A stretch of DNA of 63,991 bases, the filler included, from Basidiobolus ranarum (taxonomy: Eukaryota), in NCBI GenBank assembly GCA_040143965.1. It is 42 parts of 42 records of this genome, joined end to end, with 100 filler letters (N's around TTAATTAATTAA, not from the genome) between each part and the next. Parts side by side here need not be neighbours in the genome. Positions count along the whole stretch, not along the records: positions 48,894 to 50,316 come from JASJQH010005236.1; positions 50,417 to 51,838 come from JASJQH010005237.1; positions 51,939 to 53,360 come from JASJQH010005238.1; positions 53,461 to 54,880 come from JASJQH010005239.1; positions 54,981 to 56,400 come from JASJQH010005240.1; positions 56,501 to 57,919 come from JASJQH010005241.1; positions 58,020 to 59,437 come from JASJQH010005242.1; positions 59,538 to 60,955 come from JASJQH010005243.1; 34 more parts are not named here. One strand, written 5' to 3'. The notes under the pieces are model-generated. The model made no database searches, was not told where the DNA came from, and saw only the letters and a program-made list of their open reading frames with translations. The stretch's first letter is position 1; the number at the start of each line of letters is the position of its first letter. A program made the translations under genes and the position numbers. Below, piece after piece: positions 48,894 to 61,056 of this stretch.

Positions 48894-50067
48894 CAGCCCA
48901 TATATTCCCAATACTAATATACTTGATGGAAATTACTACCAGAATCTGAAAAGTCAAGGTTTCTTTGACCACATATATGATCATGCATTTGCATTTGCTC
49001 TGGATGGTTTCTCACTAAACAAATATACCTTTGGAAAGACTTGCTGGCCAATAGTTTCAATCAACTTAAATCTTCCTCCTTCTGAGTGGTACAAGAGTTA
49101 AAATGTTTTGATACCATCCATCATATCTGGACCCAAATCACCAGTGCTGAAAGATAGCTTGTTGAAGCCTTTAATTGCAGAATTTGAAAGGTTATCAATT
49201 GGGGTTCAGATGGGTGAATATTTTATTAAAGCTAATATCATTATATATAATTGTGACACTCCTGCCATCAGTAAACTTAGAGTTTTTGTGGGCACAATGC
49301 ACTATGTTGCTGTAGATTTTGTCAAATCAATGGAGTTTACTCTATCAGGCATACACATTGCTACTATCCAAATACATCACTAAACTGCATGCTTTTACCA
49401 TCCAGAGCCTGGTCAGATTACAAAATGACCACTCATATCAATTCACCAACTAGTCAGTCTAACATTAAACTTGGTATCAGTCATAAGCCTAAGATTATAT
49501 TGCTTAAGGGGATCAGCTGGAGCCAGAGCTTCCCATTAAGAATTATGCACTAACTATTCAACAATATTCAAAAACTCCTTACTCACCTATATAGAGGAAC
49601 ATTCAATATGAATGAGCCATTCAAGATAGGAACAATGTTTGAATCAATTGGGAGAAAGCTTGAAAACATCAAGACCCCATCACATTTTACCAGGACTCCC
49701 ATCAATATCCACTCATCTAGGAATTTATCCAAATGCAAAGACTGGAAGTATTAGATTTGTATAGAGTCAAGTGGAATTTTGAAACAATTTCTGCCTGATA
49801 CGTATTGCAACATTGGGAGTTGTATGTCAATACTGTTAATATATTCTTATGACATCAACTCACAATGGCAGATCTCAGGCAGATACAGTGACTGTGCAAA
49901 TATTTCATAATTGGATACGAAAAACTTTATTAAAGGTTTAAAAAAGATACACTGAATCTATGCCAGTATTTAAATACATTTCCTGCTGCATCTTTCACAA
50001 TGCTTAGAGATTACAGGCCCTTGCTATACATTCTGGGAGTTCCCAATGGAGTACACCTGCAGTCAAA
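48894..50067 (+). pseudogene. CACTA/CMC transposase core, decayed
   Basis: FALDGF, CWP, GPKSP, CDTPA, WEFPME. Confidence 0.87.
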
Positions 50068-50316
50068 ACCTGACAAAAAATTTGAGATTTGCATTTTATA
50101 CTATATTCTTACTGTCTTAATATGAGACTTGATCCATTTTATTGAGCCAGATCAGGCCAGCTAAAATGTGTGCCAGCACAAATTGGCATGATTGGGCACT
50201 ATCCGGCATGATGTTATTTACCATTTTGGAAACAGTTTATTTTACTTATGTGGTATGTTTAAGAAAAGTACTTTTAGACATTATTGCACATTCAAAAGAT
50301 AATGAAAGCTTTATTC
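50068..50316 (+). mobile_element. Terminus of a second CACTA-like family ((a)CCTGACAAAAAATTTGAG) inserted in transposase
   Basis: Resembles type-B TIR start but has an unrelated interior with GTGCC/GGCAC motifs, shared with 3067-3172. Confidence 0.55.
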
Positions 50317-50416
50317 NNNNNNNNNNNNNNNNNNNNNNNNNNNNNNNNNNNNNNNNNNNNTTAATTAATTAANNNNNNNNNNNNNNNNNNNNNNNNNNNN
50401 NNNNNNNNNNNNNNNN

Positions 50417-51838
50417 AATTGAACTTGTCTATTACCCTACTGAAGAAATGATAGCAGATATCCTAACCAAACCTTCAGCTAAAGCACCATACGAATTATT
50501 TAGATATAAGTTAGGTATAAAAGAAATACAAAATACTTAGTTGACTGGGAATGTTGATATTAGGTAAATAGCAACTCATTCTTTAGTGGTTGGTTTATTC
50601 TTATTCTGATTATATAGCACTCAATTCTGTCTTTCAAAAATGTGTGTTGATTGCTCTAATTGATAGAAATATCAATTAGATCACTTTAGCAACTCATTAT
50701 TTAGTAGTTAGTTTATTCATATTCTGAGTATTTAGAACTCAACTCTGCCATTCAAGAATGTGTGTTTATTGCTCTCATTAATAGAAATATCAAAGAGAGC
50801 ACTTTTACCAATTTTCACTATTTTCTCAAAACTTCTCCTAATCATCTCAAATTTTTACCCATGCTTAATGGGCACGTTTGTTATGATCTAAGCATATACA
50901 ATGGTTTGATTTCATAGTAAACTATAAATAGGACACATTCAATTCAACAAAACTTAAGTGTCTAATTCACAAATTCAAATCTTGTCTAAAACACTTCCAA
51001 GTCCCCTAAACACTGTGATCAGGTTATGAGCCCCATGCTAGCTGTTAAAGGAATGTCTACCAGTACTATTACCAACATTTTTGCATACACAGAGAAGTTT
51101 GATGGTGAAAACTTTCATCTTTGGAAGTTCAAAATGCAATTGGTGCTAGAAGACAGGGCCTTGGGGGATTTGTTACAGGAGAAGAAATAGAGCCAAAGGG
51201 ACCTCAAGGAGCTATCCTTGCCTTTCACAATAGGCAGAGGAAAGCACTCTCAATACTTTGTCTACATCTCGGTGACTCTCAATTGAGACACATACAGTCA
51301 GCCAAAACTTCCAAAATGCTTGGGAAACACTTGAGGGACTATATGAGACTAAAAGTATGGCTAATAAGCTATATCTTTGGTGGAAGTTATTCTGAATTCA
51401 GATGATTTCCAATGTTTCTATGTTTAATCATATAATTCAGATAAAAACTATGGCAGCTCAGCTCTGGTCCATTGGAGCACCACTAAATGAAGATGACTTA
51501 GTCATGACACTACTTGTGAGCCTGCCAGACACGTTTGGGAACTTCAAAATTGCCCTAGAATCAAGATCAGAGCCATTAACAATGGAATATGTTGGTGCTA
51601 GGCTTTTGAATGCGGAAATAATGAGGTCTAATTCTCAGCAAAATAATGCAGAACAGGAATTTTGTGGAGCTGTAAAATGTCCAACAGGCTTCAACAATGG
51701 TGCCCCTAATAGGAAATCTATCATCTACAAGTATTGCAAGAAACCAGGCAATATTATCAAAGATTGCCGAAAAAGGATTTTTACTAAAAAGCTATAACTG
51801 GAACAAGCAAATTAAGTGAGCACTGATAGGGATCAGCT
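50417..51838 (+). mobile_element. Copia C1 pol end, LTR with internal duplication (50552-51021), PBS (51022-51033), gag
   Basis: One LTR preceded by PPT and followed by PBS and gag (tandem elements sharing an LTR); MSTSTITNIF..WKFKMQ. Confidence 0.88.
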
Positions 51839-51989
51839 NNNNNNNNNNNNNNNNNNNNNNNNNNNNNNNNNNNNNNNNNNNNTTAATTAATTAANNNNNN
51901 NNNNNNNNNNNNNNNNNNNNNNNNNNNNNNNNNNNNNNTTTCCTTGTATGTGTACTACTTCAAAGTCAAACATCATGAGCCAAGCCATC

Positions 51990-52745
51990 AACCAGGTATC
52001 CTATTCTCTCTAGGAATCATGCCACAACTTGGAAAAGTCAGAAGCTACCAACTATAGCACTTTTCACTACAGAAGCAGAGTATAAGACTGCCTCTACTAC
52101 TACACAAGAAGCTGTGTGGTCAAGGAAGCTAGTTACTGACTTAGGATACATGCAAAAGTATGCTATACCTGTTTATGATGAGGATCAAAGTTGCATTTCA
52201 TTAGCTAAAAACCTTACATTTCATGCTAGAACTTAACATAGAGATAGAAGGCATCATTTTGTAAAAGAAGCAATAGAGAATGATATAATGTAACCTGTTG
52301 ATTGCTAACTGACAAATTGATTGCAGAGATCTTAACCTAACCTTTAGCTGAAGCAGAATTTAAATTATCAAGAATATGATAGGTTTGAGAGAAATACAAA
52401 ATCAATGTTTAAGTGAGAATGTTGAAATTAGAGAAATAGCATCACATTATTTGGTATTAAGTGTATTCCTTTTTTGGATTTATTTGCACTCAATTCTGCT
52501 GTTGAAAAAACTGCATGTATTGCTCTGGTTGGAAAAAACCATGATCAGATCCCTTTTACAAATTTTCACTATTTTCTCCAAACTTCGGCAAATCAACTCA
52601 AATTCTGAACCAAGCTTCATGGGCATGTTTGATCATATCAAACATGGCCAATAGTCCTATTTTTTAGTATACTATAAATAGGATATATTCAATTCCGTAA
52701 AACATAAGTGTCTAATCCTCATATCCAAATCTTGTACAAAGCACT
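51990..52745 (+). mobile_element. Diverged C1-like RNase H and LTR
   Basis: ALFTTEAEY, HIEIEG/RHHF remnant; LTR from ~52400. Confidence 0.75.
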
Positions 52746-53360
52746 TTGGCAAATGCACCCATATTGTTCATTGGAAATTGTTTGATAAGCTGTTTTTTGT
52801 CTATTTAAGTGCTTTGAGATCATTTGTGGCCATGATTAAGTCATGCACATGCAGTGTCAAAGTCAGGATTTTGTTTCTGTAAGTTTTGATGTAAGAACAG
52901 TGATATGCTGTGCATTTATGGAATTCCAGTGATACTAAATAGGTATCTATCTCATTTTATCGAGCCCTGGGAGCTTGCTTGGGTTCATATGGCACTTTTT
53001 GCTGTTTATTCACCATATTAGTGTGTTTTTGGCTAATTAATCCTTCTTGTTGCTCCAAATAGATCTCTTCTTTTAGATTTCTATTCAGAAAGGCTGTTTT
53101 TACAACCTTTGATTGTAAACAAGGTCATGGATGGCTGCAAGTTCCAGAATTGATCTAATGGACATTTACTTGGCTACTGGAGCCAAAGTTTGATTAAAAT
53201 CAACTCCTGGAGTCTGGCAAAACCTTTTGCCACTGCTCATGCTTTGTGCCTGTCACAATAAGGAACTGGACAAGGACTGGGAACAACGACAAGAGGCTGG
53301 AAGGCAGGAGAGTACTTGGGTGTAGACCACAAGACAAGACAAGACAAGACTGGACAAGGA
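52746..53360 (-). mobile_element. Decayed copia RT (52746-53250) interrupted by G1 LTR end (53251-53360)
   Basis: VAKGFCQTPGVDFNQTLAPVAK, KTAFLN, KQAPRA on - strand. Confidence 0.78.
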
Positions 53361-53460
53361 NNNNNNNNNNNNNNNNNNNNNNNNNNNNNNNNNNNNNNNN
53401 NNNNTTAATTAATTAANNNNNNNNNNNNNNNNNNNNNNNNNNNNNNNNNNNNNNNNNNNN

Positions 53461-53757
53461 GCACTCCTTCCACAAGAGTTGCGAGAGGTGGTAATGCACT
53501 GTCCTGATCTGGAAGAGCTACACCTTGGACAATTCAAAGAGGTGGGAGTAGATGTAGGCGATCGTCTTGTGTTCGAAATTTTGACCAGATGCCGGAAAAT
53601 GCATACACTCAACCTCGGAAATCTGAAGTTTACAGAATATAGCCTTTTGAATCTTGTTAATCAAGCCTGCTTGAAACTGTTAGTGGCTTCTAAAGCGACA
53701 GAAAAATATATTGGAACCAATCCTTTACTCTTCCACTCCAAGTTCTCATTTGTCTAA
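53461..53757 (+). CDS. RNI-like leucine-rich repeat C-terminus (probable F-box/LRR protein)
   Basis: HCPDLEELHL, RCRKMHTLNL; CpG retained; 5'-truncated. Confidence 0.7.
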   Translation, partial: ALLPQELREVVMHCPDLEELHLGQFKEVGVDVGDRLVFEILTRCRKMHTLNLGNLKFTEYSLLNLVNQACLKLLVASKATEKYIGTNPLLFHSKFSFV

Positions 53758-54443
53758 CCTGTCAAATGATAATCATCCGAGAAACAACATTTAACTATAT
53801 ATAGTCCACTAATTCATGTTGTACAGATTAAAATATACACATCAATAAAAGTCATAAATATCTTTAGCAAATCAATCAATTTGGAGTTGGGTAATCATCA
53901 GCGTGAATGACACTCCATGGTTAGAATTGGACGACTCCTAAATCCATATTTTTAGGAGTGTTTTTGCGTCTAAGACAAGATTAATTACTAACATTCTTCT
54001 CAGTAAGTTTGATTGGATTTGGAATTTTCTAACACACAGACCGGAAGTAAAGAAGTTTACTGGTCCAATTAAATGATAAACCCTATATACCCACAGCACC
54101 ATAAAAAACACCCATCTTCCGATATGACGAGATGCACTTACCTAACCCTACCCACTCTTTTACAATCATTGTAACAAACCACGATGTCCAGACCGCAAAT
54201 TTCTAATCCAATATTCTTACAATAGAAACTAGTGGTTAGGAAGTAAACATCAGAAACTGTTGGATTCAAAATTTTGATTCGTCCGTAGCCTTGGTTCTGG
54301 AATTTCAATCCGTAGCTGAGTTTCATTGGGGGGATTGAAAAGAGGAGTACAACTGGCTTTAATTTTAAATCGCCATTAAACTAATCCGTTTTCTATATAA
54401 GGGTTTCACTTGAGATATATCCTATTCACACTATCAACTTACA

Positions 54444-54880
54444 ATGTATTCAAATACTAATTTGTCTCCTTTCGTTACAACCGAAATCCTTCGTTGGATC
54501 AAAGATGATATGCAAACACTCAATTCCTGCGTTTTAGTAGACAGACTTTGGAGTCGCTGTGCGGTAAATATCTTGTATCGTGACCCTTGGAGTCTCATCA
54601 AAACTGCAAACAACTCAAATAAGCTGTTGAAATCGATCGTTGACTTGCTACGAACTCTAGAAAGAAGTATCAACTCTAATTCGTCTCTTCAACAATACCA
54701 TCTTCATCTACGCACTATTGACCTTGGCTGGATTGAATCCATTTTCAACGGTGTACAATTCAGTTCTAACGATCCCTCCTATGGTAACCAAGTAGCTCAA
54801 TTACTATGGTCTCTTGTGTCCAATGTATGCTCCAATCGTCTAGTAGATCTGAGAACCCATAAGACTTCACTCACAGTATA
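54444..54880 (+). CDS. F-box-like protein N-terminus
   Basis: TEILRWI..DMQTLNSCVLVDRLWSRCAVNILYRDPW; TATATAA at 54394. Confidence 0.8.
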
Positions 54881-54982
54881 NNNNNNNNNNNNNNNNNNNN
54901 NNNNNNNNNNNNNNNNNNNNNNNNTTAATTAATTAANNNNNNNNNNNNNNNNNNNNNNNNNNNNNNNNNNNNNNNNNNNNCG

Positions 54983-55672
54983 CAGACATCCACTGAACCA
55001 TCTATGGCAGGCCTTCAATCACCACAACCAGAAAACCAAAGAAGAGGTAGAAGAAGAGGTAGAAGGGGAAGGGGCCATGGTAGGAGAGGCAAAAGTGAGA
55101 GGCAAACATGTTTGCAAAGAATTCCAGAAAGTCAGCTAACTTCAGAACATAGTACAATAACCACTGTGACAAATGATCATTTGGCCAAAGCCTACGTGCA
55201 TGTCAAGGTAACATTAACTGAGTATTGAGAGTGAATACATCACAAAATTCTTCTAGACATATATAGACAAATTCAGCAGCTAAAGTGATCCCTAACTGAT
55301 GCTAGGCAAAGAATAACCAAGCTAGAAGGCTATATAGACAATAGATTTCTTTCAGATACTAGAACCATGTTATTAGATATTTTGAAGGGGGTGCAGACTA
55401 GCAATTTATTGCTTAATCCAACACTTGTTAGTGATGATGTCTCTGCTGATCAGACTCACAATGAGGAAGGAATTGGGAGCAATAGGTCTGACAAACAAAG
55501 GATTAGCCAAGTAGATATATCAATATATGGATGTAGTGATCCACATTCAGATGAGCCAGCCATTATGCATAATTGTTCCAATGATCCTAGCTTAATTGAA
55601 GAAGAAGAAAAAGATGATGATAATGATGATGATGAAACAACAACTATGTTTAAGAGGCTACACACAAGTTAA
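54983..55672 (+). pseudogene. Decayed hypothetical protein (RG-rich, coiled-coil, acidic tail)
   Basis: Single frame broken by three TGA codons consistent with CGA->TGA. Confidence 0.55.
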
Positions 55673-55812
55673 GTTTAAAAATCATGAAGCTTATTATGCA
55701 ATATTCATCTTACTAGGCTTGTATTAGCTTTGCTGTACCATCATAGATGGTTAAATAAATAGAGTGCTACTAGCAAGAGATTACACATTTAAAAATTTCT
55801 CTTAGCTATTCA

Positions 55813-56400
55813 ATGTCAGCTGTGTTCTATCAAGAGTTAGGTATAAAGATCAGGCCACTTATGATAATGTTAGCCAAGATATCTGGACAAGGTTATTCAT
55901 GCATGGCAGTTCTGCCCTCAATGAAGTGCATCATCATGTTTGTTGGCTTCTAACATGAGCATTTACAGCAGAGGAATTCAACAATTGACTGGAGAATAGG
56001 AAGACCAAATTGCTATATACAGCAATTTGCTACCTATAGAAATATAGGTTGTCACATGCAAGCAATCCCCTCCCATAAATGCAATCCAATTACCAATTCA
56101 TGGAAATAGTTGTGCTGCCAATGATGCATGGCTATTTGTATTTGGTGGATTTTATCTCACTACTCTTGAAAATGTTGATCCTAGTGTTATTCAGGTGCTG
56201 GAATTTTGAGACAACCACAGCCAATGCACTGCTACTACCATCCAGACAAGTGGATTTTTGGGAAATCCACAAAATATGCCATCTGCACATAGTTGGGCAA
56301 CACTCACTCATGCTTATGACCAATTATTTCTTCTTGGAGGATATCAGTCTCAGCAGAACCCTACAGAAGACAGTATGCTTAAGGAATTTTATTGTTTGAA
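55813..56400 (+). pseudogene. Kelch-repeat protein, decayed, 3'-truncated
   Basis: HGNSCAANDAWLFVFGGF and PSAHSWATLTHAYDQLFLLGGY. Confidence 0.7.
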
Positions 56401-56500
56401 NNNNNNNNNNNNNNNNNNNNNNNNNNNNNNNNNNNNNNNNNNNNTTAATTAATTAANNNNNNNNNNNNNNNNNNNNNNNNNNNNNNNNNNNNNNNNNNNN

Positions 56501-57919
56501 TCATCCCACACATAGTGTATTTCCACCAAGACCTGCCATGGAAGGTCACCTGATCATCCTTACCTCATCCCTCTTTGTATTGGTCCTTGTAGTCCCCAAC
56601 ACCCTGACTCTTGAACTTGCCACAGTATATTCCCTATTTGGTATATTATGTTTCACCTTGCAATATCTATATAAGCACCATGTATTTCTTGATCAGACCT
56701 CAGTCTGATCAACGCCAGTTATCAATAAAGATTCTTGCCAAAGTATCTTCCTTGTCTTGTCTTTTCTTGTGGTCTACACCCAAGTACTCTCCTGCCTTCT
56801 AACCTCTTGTCATTGTTTCCAGTCCTTGTCCAGTTCCTTATTGTGACACAAATCACTGACTATTTTTCAGAGGTTCAAACATTTCAATTTGTCACACATG
56901 TCCCAGAAGCCCCTAGCTTTGTACACATGCTCCTGGGACCTTTCTTACCATATCTCTCATGTGTGTTTGCCTACATCTTAACCAAGCTATAAATGTCTAC
57001 TTTCAACTCTAGAACTCATTAAATGTAAGCCATATATCTATATAACTCTGCAAACCACTTCCAACCGGTTGCCAAGTACTCAAAAACTACAAACCACTTT
57101 CTGCAGGCTCCCAATTTACCTTGACAGGTAATGAGCCCCAAGCTGGCACTCTCTCTCTCAGCAGTCTACTTCTCTGATTTCTGGACCTTTCCCTCTTCTG
57201 AAAATTTGATAGAAGCTATTATCAAGTTTGTATAGTGAATATGAAATGTTACTGCAAGAAAAAAGACTTCAGGACATTGATATCAAAGCATTCAATGCAA
57301 AACTGTTTGAAACTGAAGTTTTACTCAAGGTTAAAAAAAATCAAAGTGGCTTTAAGACAATTGGTCTACATAAAGACATATTGATAATTCAGTTTCCAAG
57401 AGCTAAAGTTGTCAGGAATGTGTGGAAAGTATTGGAAGACATCTACCAAACATGTTCTGCTGTTAGTAAGATATTTCCAAGAAGAAAATGTTTTAACTCA
57501 AATATGAAGCCAGGAAAAGACATTACGTCACTAATTAGCAGAGTCAATATCAAAAGAAGGAACTGGACAAGTACTGGAAGCAGTGACAGGAGGCTAGATA
57601 GCAGGAGGGTACTTGGGTGTAGACCACAAGGCAAGACAAGACAAGACTGGAGAGGGAAGATACTTTAGCAAGAATCTATATTGATTACCTGCATTGATCA
57701 GACTGAGATCATAGCAAGGAAGACAGGGAGCTTTTATTGATATTGCATGGTCAAACATAATATACTGAATAGGGAATATTGTCACAATAAGGAACTGGAC
57801 AAGGACTGGGAACAACAACAAGAGGCTAGAAGGCAGGAGAGTACTTGGGTGTAGACCACAAGACAAGACAAGACTGGACAAGGAAGATACTTTGGCAAGA
57901 ATCTTTATTGATAACTGGC
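56501..57919. repeat. Nest of LTRs: G1 end (+, 56501-56848), C3-like LTR with PBS (to 57138) and gag remnant, diverged G1 (-, ~57545-57779), G1 end (-, 57780-57919)
   Basis: Direct similarity to 13400-13690, 16852-16961 and 42230-42500. Confidence 0.78.
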
Positions 57920-58065
57920 NNNNNNNNNNNNNNNNNNNNNNNNNNNNNNNNNNNNNNNNNNNNTTAATTAATTAANNNNNNNNNNNNNNNNNNNNNNNNN
58001 NNNNNNNNNNNNNNNNNNNATAAAGATAGAGATAATAAATATGATAAAGACAATAAACTTCAACA

Positions 58066-59437
58066 GCTTTGTGGTTTTTGTGCTGCTTTTTGCATGCCTT
58101 TACTTTGGGGACTAATTTCAACACTCTGAAAAGTACCAGTTGAGGTTGGAGAGCTGTGAATTTTATTTATGGTGTTTTGGCTTGTTGAGAGGTGCCAGGT
58201 TTTGGATAAACTTCCAAATGTAGCACTCTTCCAACTAGTGTACCTGGTTCCATGGTGAAATTAAGCTTTTTTGCCAGTATATCTGACTCTAGAAATGCAG
58301 ATCTTCATAATGTTGTGAAGAATTTGGAAAGTGGGACAGTAGAGCCTACACTCACTGGCTCCTTTGCTTTTCCTTTGAGTTCACTAACTTCCTGCTCCTT
58401 CAGTACTTCTTTAGGTGCTTTTCTTTCTAGACCAAGTCAAAAATTGTGTACATTTTTTAGATGTTTTGTGAATAGGCCAATACTAGTCCATTTGCCATCT
58501 GCTTGCAAAAACCCAGGATAAGCCACATGAAGTAAGTCAAGAACCTTCAGAGTAATGCCTGGTTTTTGGCTTGTCCACAATTGGCTCAAACCCAGGTAAT
58601 TTGGGGCAAGATTCCTCACAGTTTCCAAAATGTTAAACCATTTATCATCAGAGCAAGTGATGGCAGCTCTGAGATTCAGAGTCTTTTGATTTGCCTGGTT
58701 TCCTATGAGATTTCTGCTTTCATGTGCCCAAGCAATTTAGGGGCATTGTGTAGGCTTAATGATCTGACACTTATTCTGCTCTGCTAGATTGTCATGGTGA
58801 TGTTCATATGTATGGTGTTGGATTGATTGATATCCCATATGAGAATGGATGGAGGGAGCAGCATGTTGCTGTAGCTCAAGTATGGCATTCTGAAGATCTT
58901 GTATTATTGTTGAGTGACTCTCTAACTGTTGACTATTTGCTTCCAAATGCTGCATTAATTGAAATATTGCGGCTGTATTGCCTGTCATGGCCTGTATAGC
59001 AACTTCATAGTTTTTACTTATGATTGCATACAAATCAATATGGTGTTCTACCTGCAATTACCTTGTTGTAATAATTTTATCCAAGCTTTCTATACAAAGT
59101 TGTTCAATAGTGAGCAAAGTAGCCATTTTGGAAGTTGATGGTCTTGATGGTGTTTGGTTGAAATTTGCTCAACTATTAATTTTCTATGTAATTAAGGGAT
59201 TACAATCTCTTAACTTGCACTATTGCCAGAAAGGTACATATCTTGTAAACTGATTAATGCTTCATCATTACCTCAGTTAGTGTCTGCCATGTTAATGCCT
59301 TCCAAAGTGGATAGTGGATTGCTTGACTGCTCATCAATTAAGTCCTCTGTTCTTACTGGTTTTTTTCCTTTTGTGCCAGCTGGCTTTGGCTTGGAAGCCA
59401 ATTTTGACTTGGATTTTGAATGCTTTTTAAATGGCAT
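58066..59437 (-). pseudogene. Accessory ORF2, N-terminal ~455 codons; C2 LTR inserted at 58065
   Basis: ATG at 59437; EHHIDLYAIISKNYEVAIQAM..LELQQH; LKVLDLLHVAYPGFLQADGKWTSIGLFTKHLKNV. Confidence 0.78.
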
Positions 59438-59537
59438 NNNNNNNNNNNNNNNNNNNNNNNNNNNNNNNNNNNNNNNNNNNNTTAATTAATTAANNNNNNN
59501 NNNNNNNNNNNNNNNNNNNNNNNNNNNNNNNNNNNNN

Positions 59538-60465
59538 AATTGGGCATGCACACTACTACTATCCATATACAAAACTAAACTCTATGATTTTACCATCAAG
59601 AGCCTGGTCATATTTCAATATGATCACTGATATCAAATCACCAAAAAGTCAGTCTAACACCAAACTAGTTATTAGCCATATGTCCAAGATTATATTGTTA
59701 AAGGGGATCAGTTGGAGCCAGAGCTTCCCATTAGGCATGATGCACTTACTATTCAACAACATTCTAATACTACTTCCTCAGCAATATAATGGAAATTCAA
59801 TATGGATGAGCCATTCAAGATAGGATCAAAGTTTGAATTGATTGGGAAAATACTTGAAAATCAAGTTACCATCATACTTTTCCAGGACTCCCATCAATAT
59901 CCATTCATCAAGGGGTTTATTCAAATGCAAAGACTGGAAGTATTAGATTTGTATATATTCAAGTGATAATTTCCAAAGATAACTGTGCCAAGATTTTGTA
60001 ATTGGATGTGAAAAACTTTATTATAGAATTAAAGAAGATAGACTAAATCTATGCCTGTATTCAATACATTCCCTGCTGCATCTTTCATGATGCTTAGAGA
60101 TTATAGGCCCTTGCTATACATTCTGCAAGTTCCCAATGGAGCGCACCTGCGGCAAAATGATGCTCCATGTGAAATAGTCAGTATTACTGTATGCTTAGTG
60201 ACACTACTTCCCCATCACTACCCCTCTGACCAATCAAAAGTAGGCCTAGTGGGAGCACTATTGTCAGGAACAGCTCTGGCTTGGTTTGCTCCTTTGTTGG
60301 AAAGTCAATCTCCACCTCTTTCAAATATCCCTGCCTTCCTTACTAAACTGGAAGCCACATTTGGAAATACAGACAAGGAAAGAACTTCAGCTGCCAAGCT
60401 TGGTGCACTTCAACAAGGGTCAAAGCCTGCATCAACTTGTGCTGCCGCATTTTGCCTTCTCACCT
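59538..60465 (+). mobile_element. CACTA transposase fragment (to ~60200) joined to a gypsy gag fragment
   Basis: FPLGMMHLLFNN, FPMERTCG; then SKVGLVGALLSGTALAWFAPLLE. Confidence 0.82.
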
Positions 60466-60955
60466 CCCTAACAGAAATTTGAGGATTGTTATTGTAGGCA
60501 AACCATCACAATTTTAATCCATTTTGAATTGAACTTTTACTTCCATCATAAAATTGTCAAGTTAGATTTAATTTTTAGCATTTTTTTCAGTTTCAGGAGT
60601 GAAATTTCAAGATCTCAAAAAATAGTTGCACATGGTTGGCTAAAATCTCAGAGGACTATGGATCAACACATGTGCCAAAACATAACTCAAATTTTAGACA
60701 TTTATCACTTGTATGCCAATTTGTCACCTGCAAAATCCCTAGTTTCATTGATATATTGTCCCAAATGTTTATATAGAGTCAAGTTAGATTTATTTTTATC
60801 ATTTTTTTCAGTTTCAGGAGTGAAATTTCAATATCTCAAAAAATAGTTCCACATGGTAGGCTAAAATCTCATAGAACTACGGATCAACACATGTACAAAA
60901 AATGTAACTTAAATTTTACACAATACCACTTGAATGCTAATTTGTCACCTATGAA
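60466..60955 (+). mobile_element. CACTA-like terminus type B with ~220-bp internal tandem duplication
   Basis: GTCAAGTTAGATTT.. at ~60557 repeated at ~60778. Confidence 0.85.
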
Positions 60956-61056
60956 NNNNNNNNNNNNNNNNNNNNNNNNNNNNNNNNNNNNNNNNNNNNT
61001 TAATTAATTAANNNNNNNNNNNNNNNNNNNNNNNNNNNNNNNNNNNNNNNNNNNNG

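Noticed and set aside
55028-55090. RG-rich stretch as a standalone 74-aa protamine-like gene
   Set aside because: In frame with downstream sequence across TGA codons explained by CpG decay; part of a longer ORF.
54983-55672. Recurrent in-frame TGA as an alternative genetic code or selenocysteine
   Set aside because: PEPCK ends in TGA and host genes use TGG for Trp; in-frame TGA is confined to CpG-depleted DNA.
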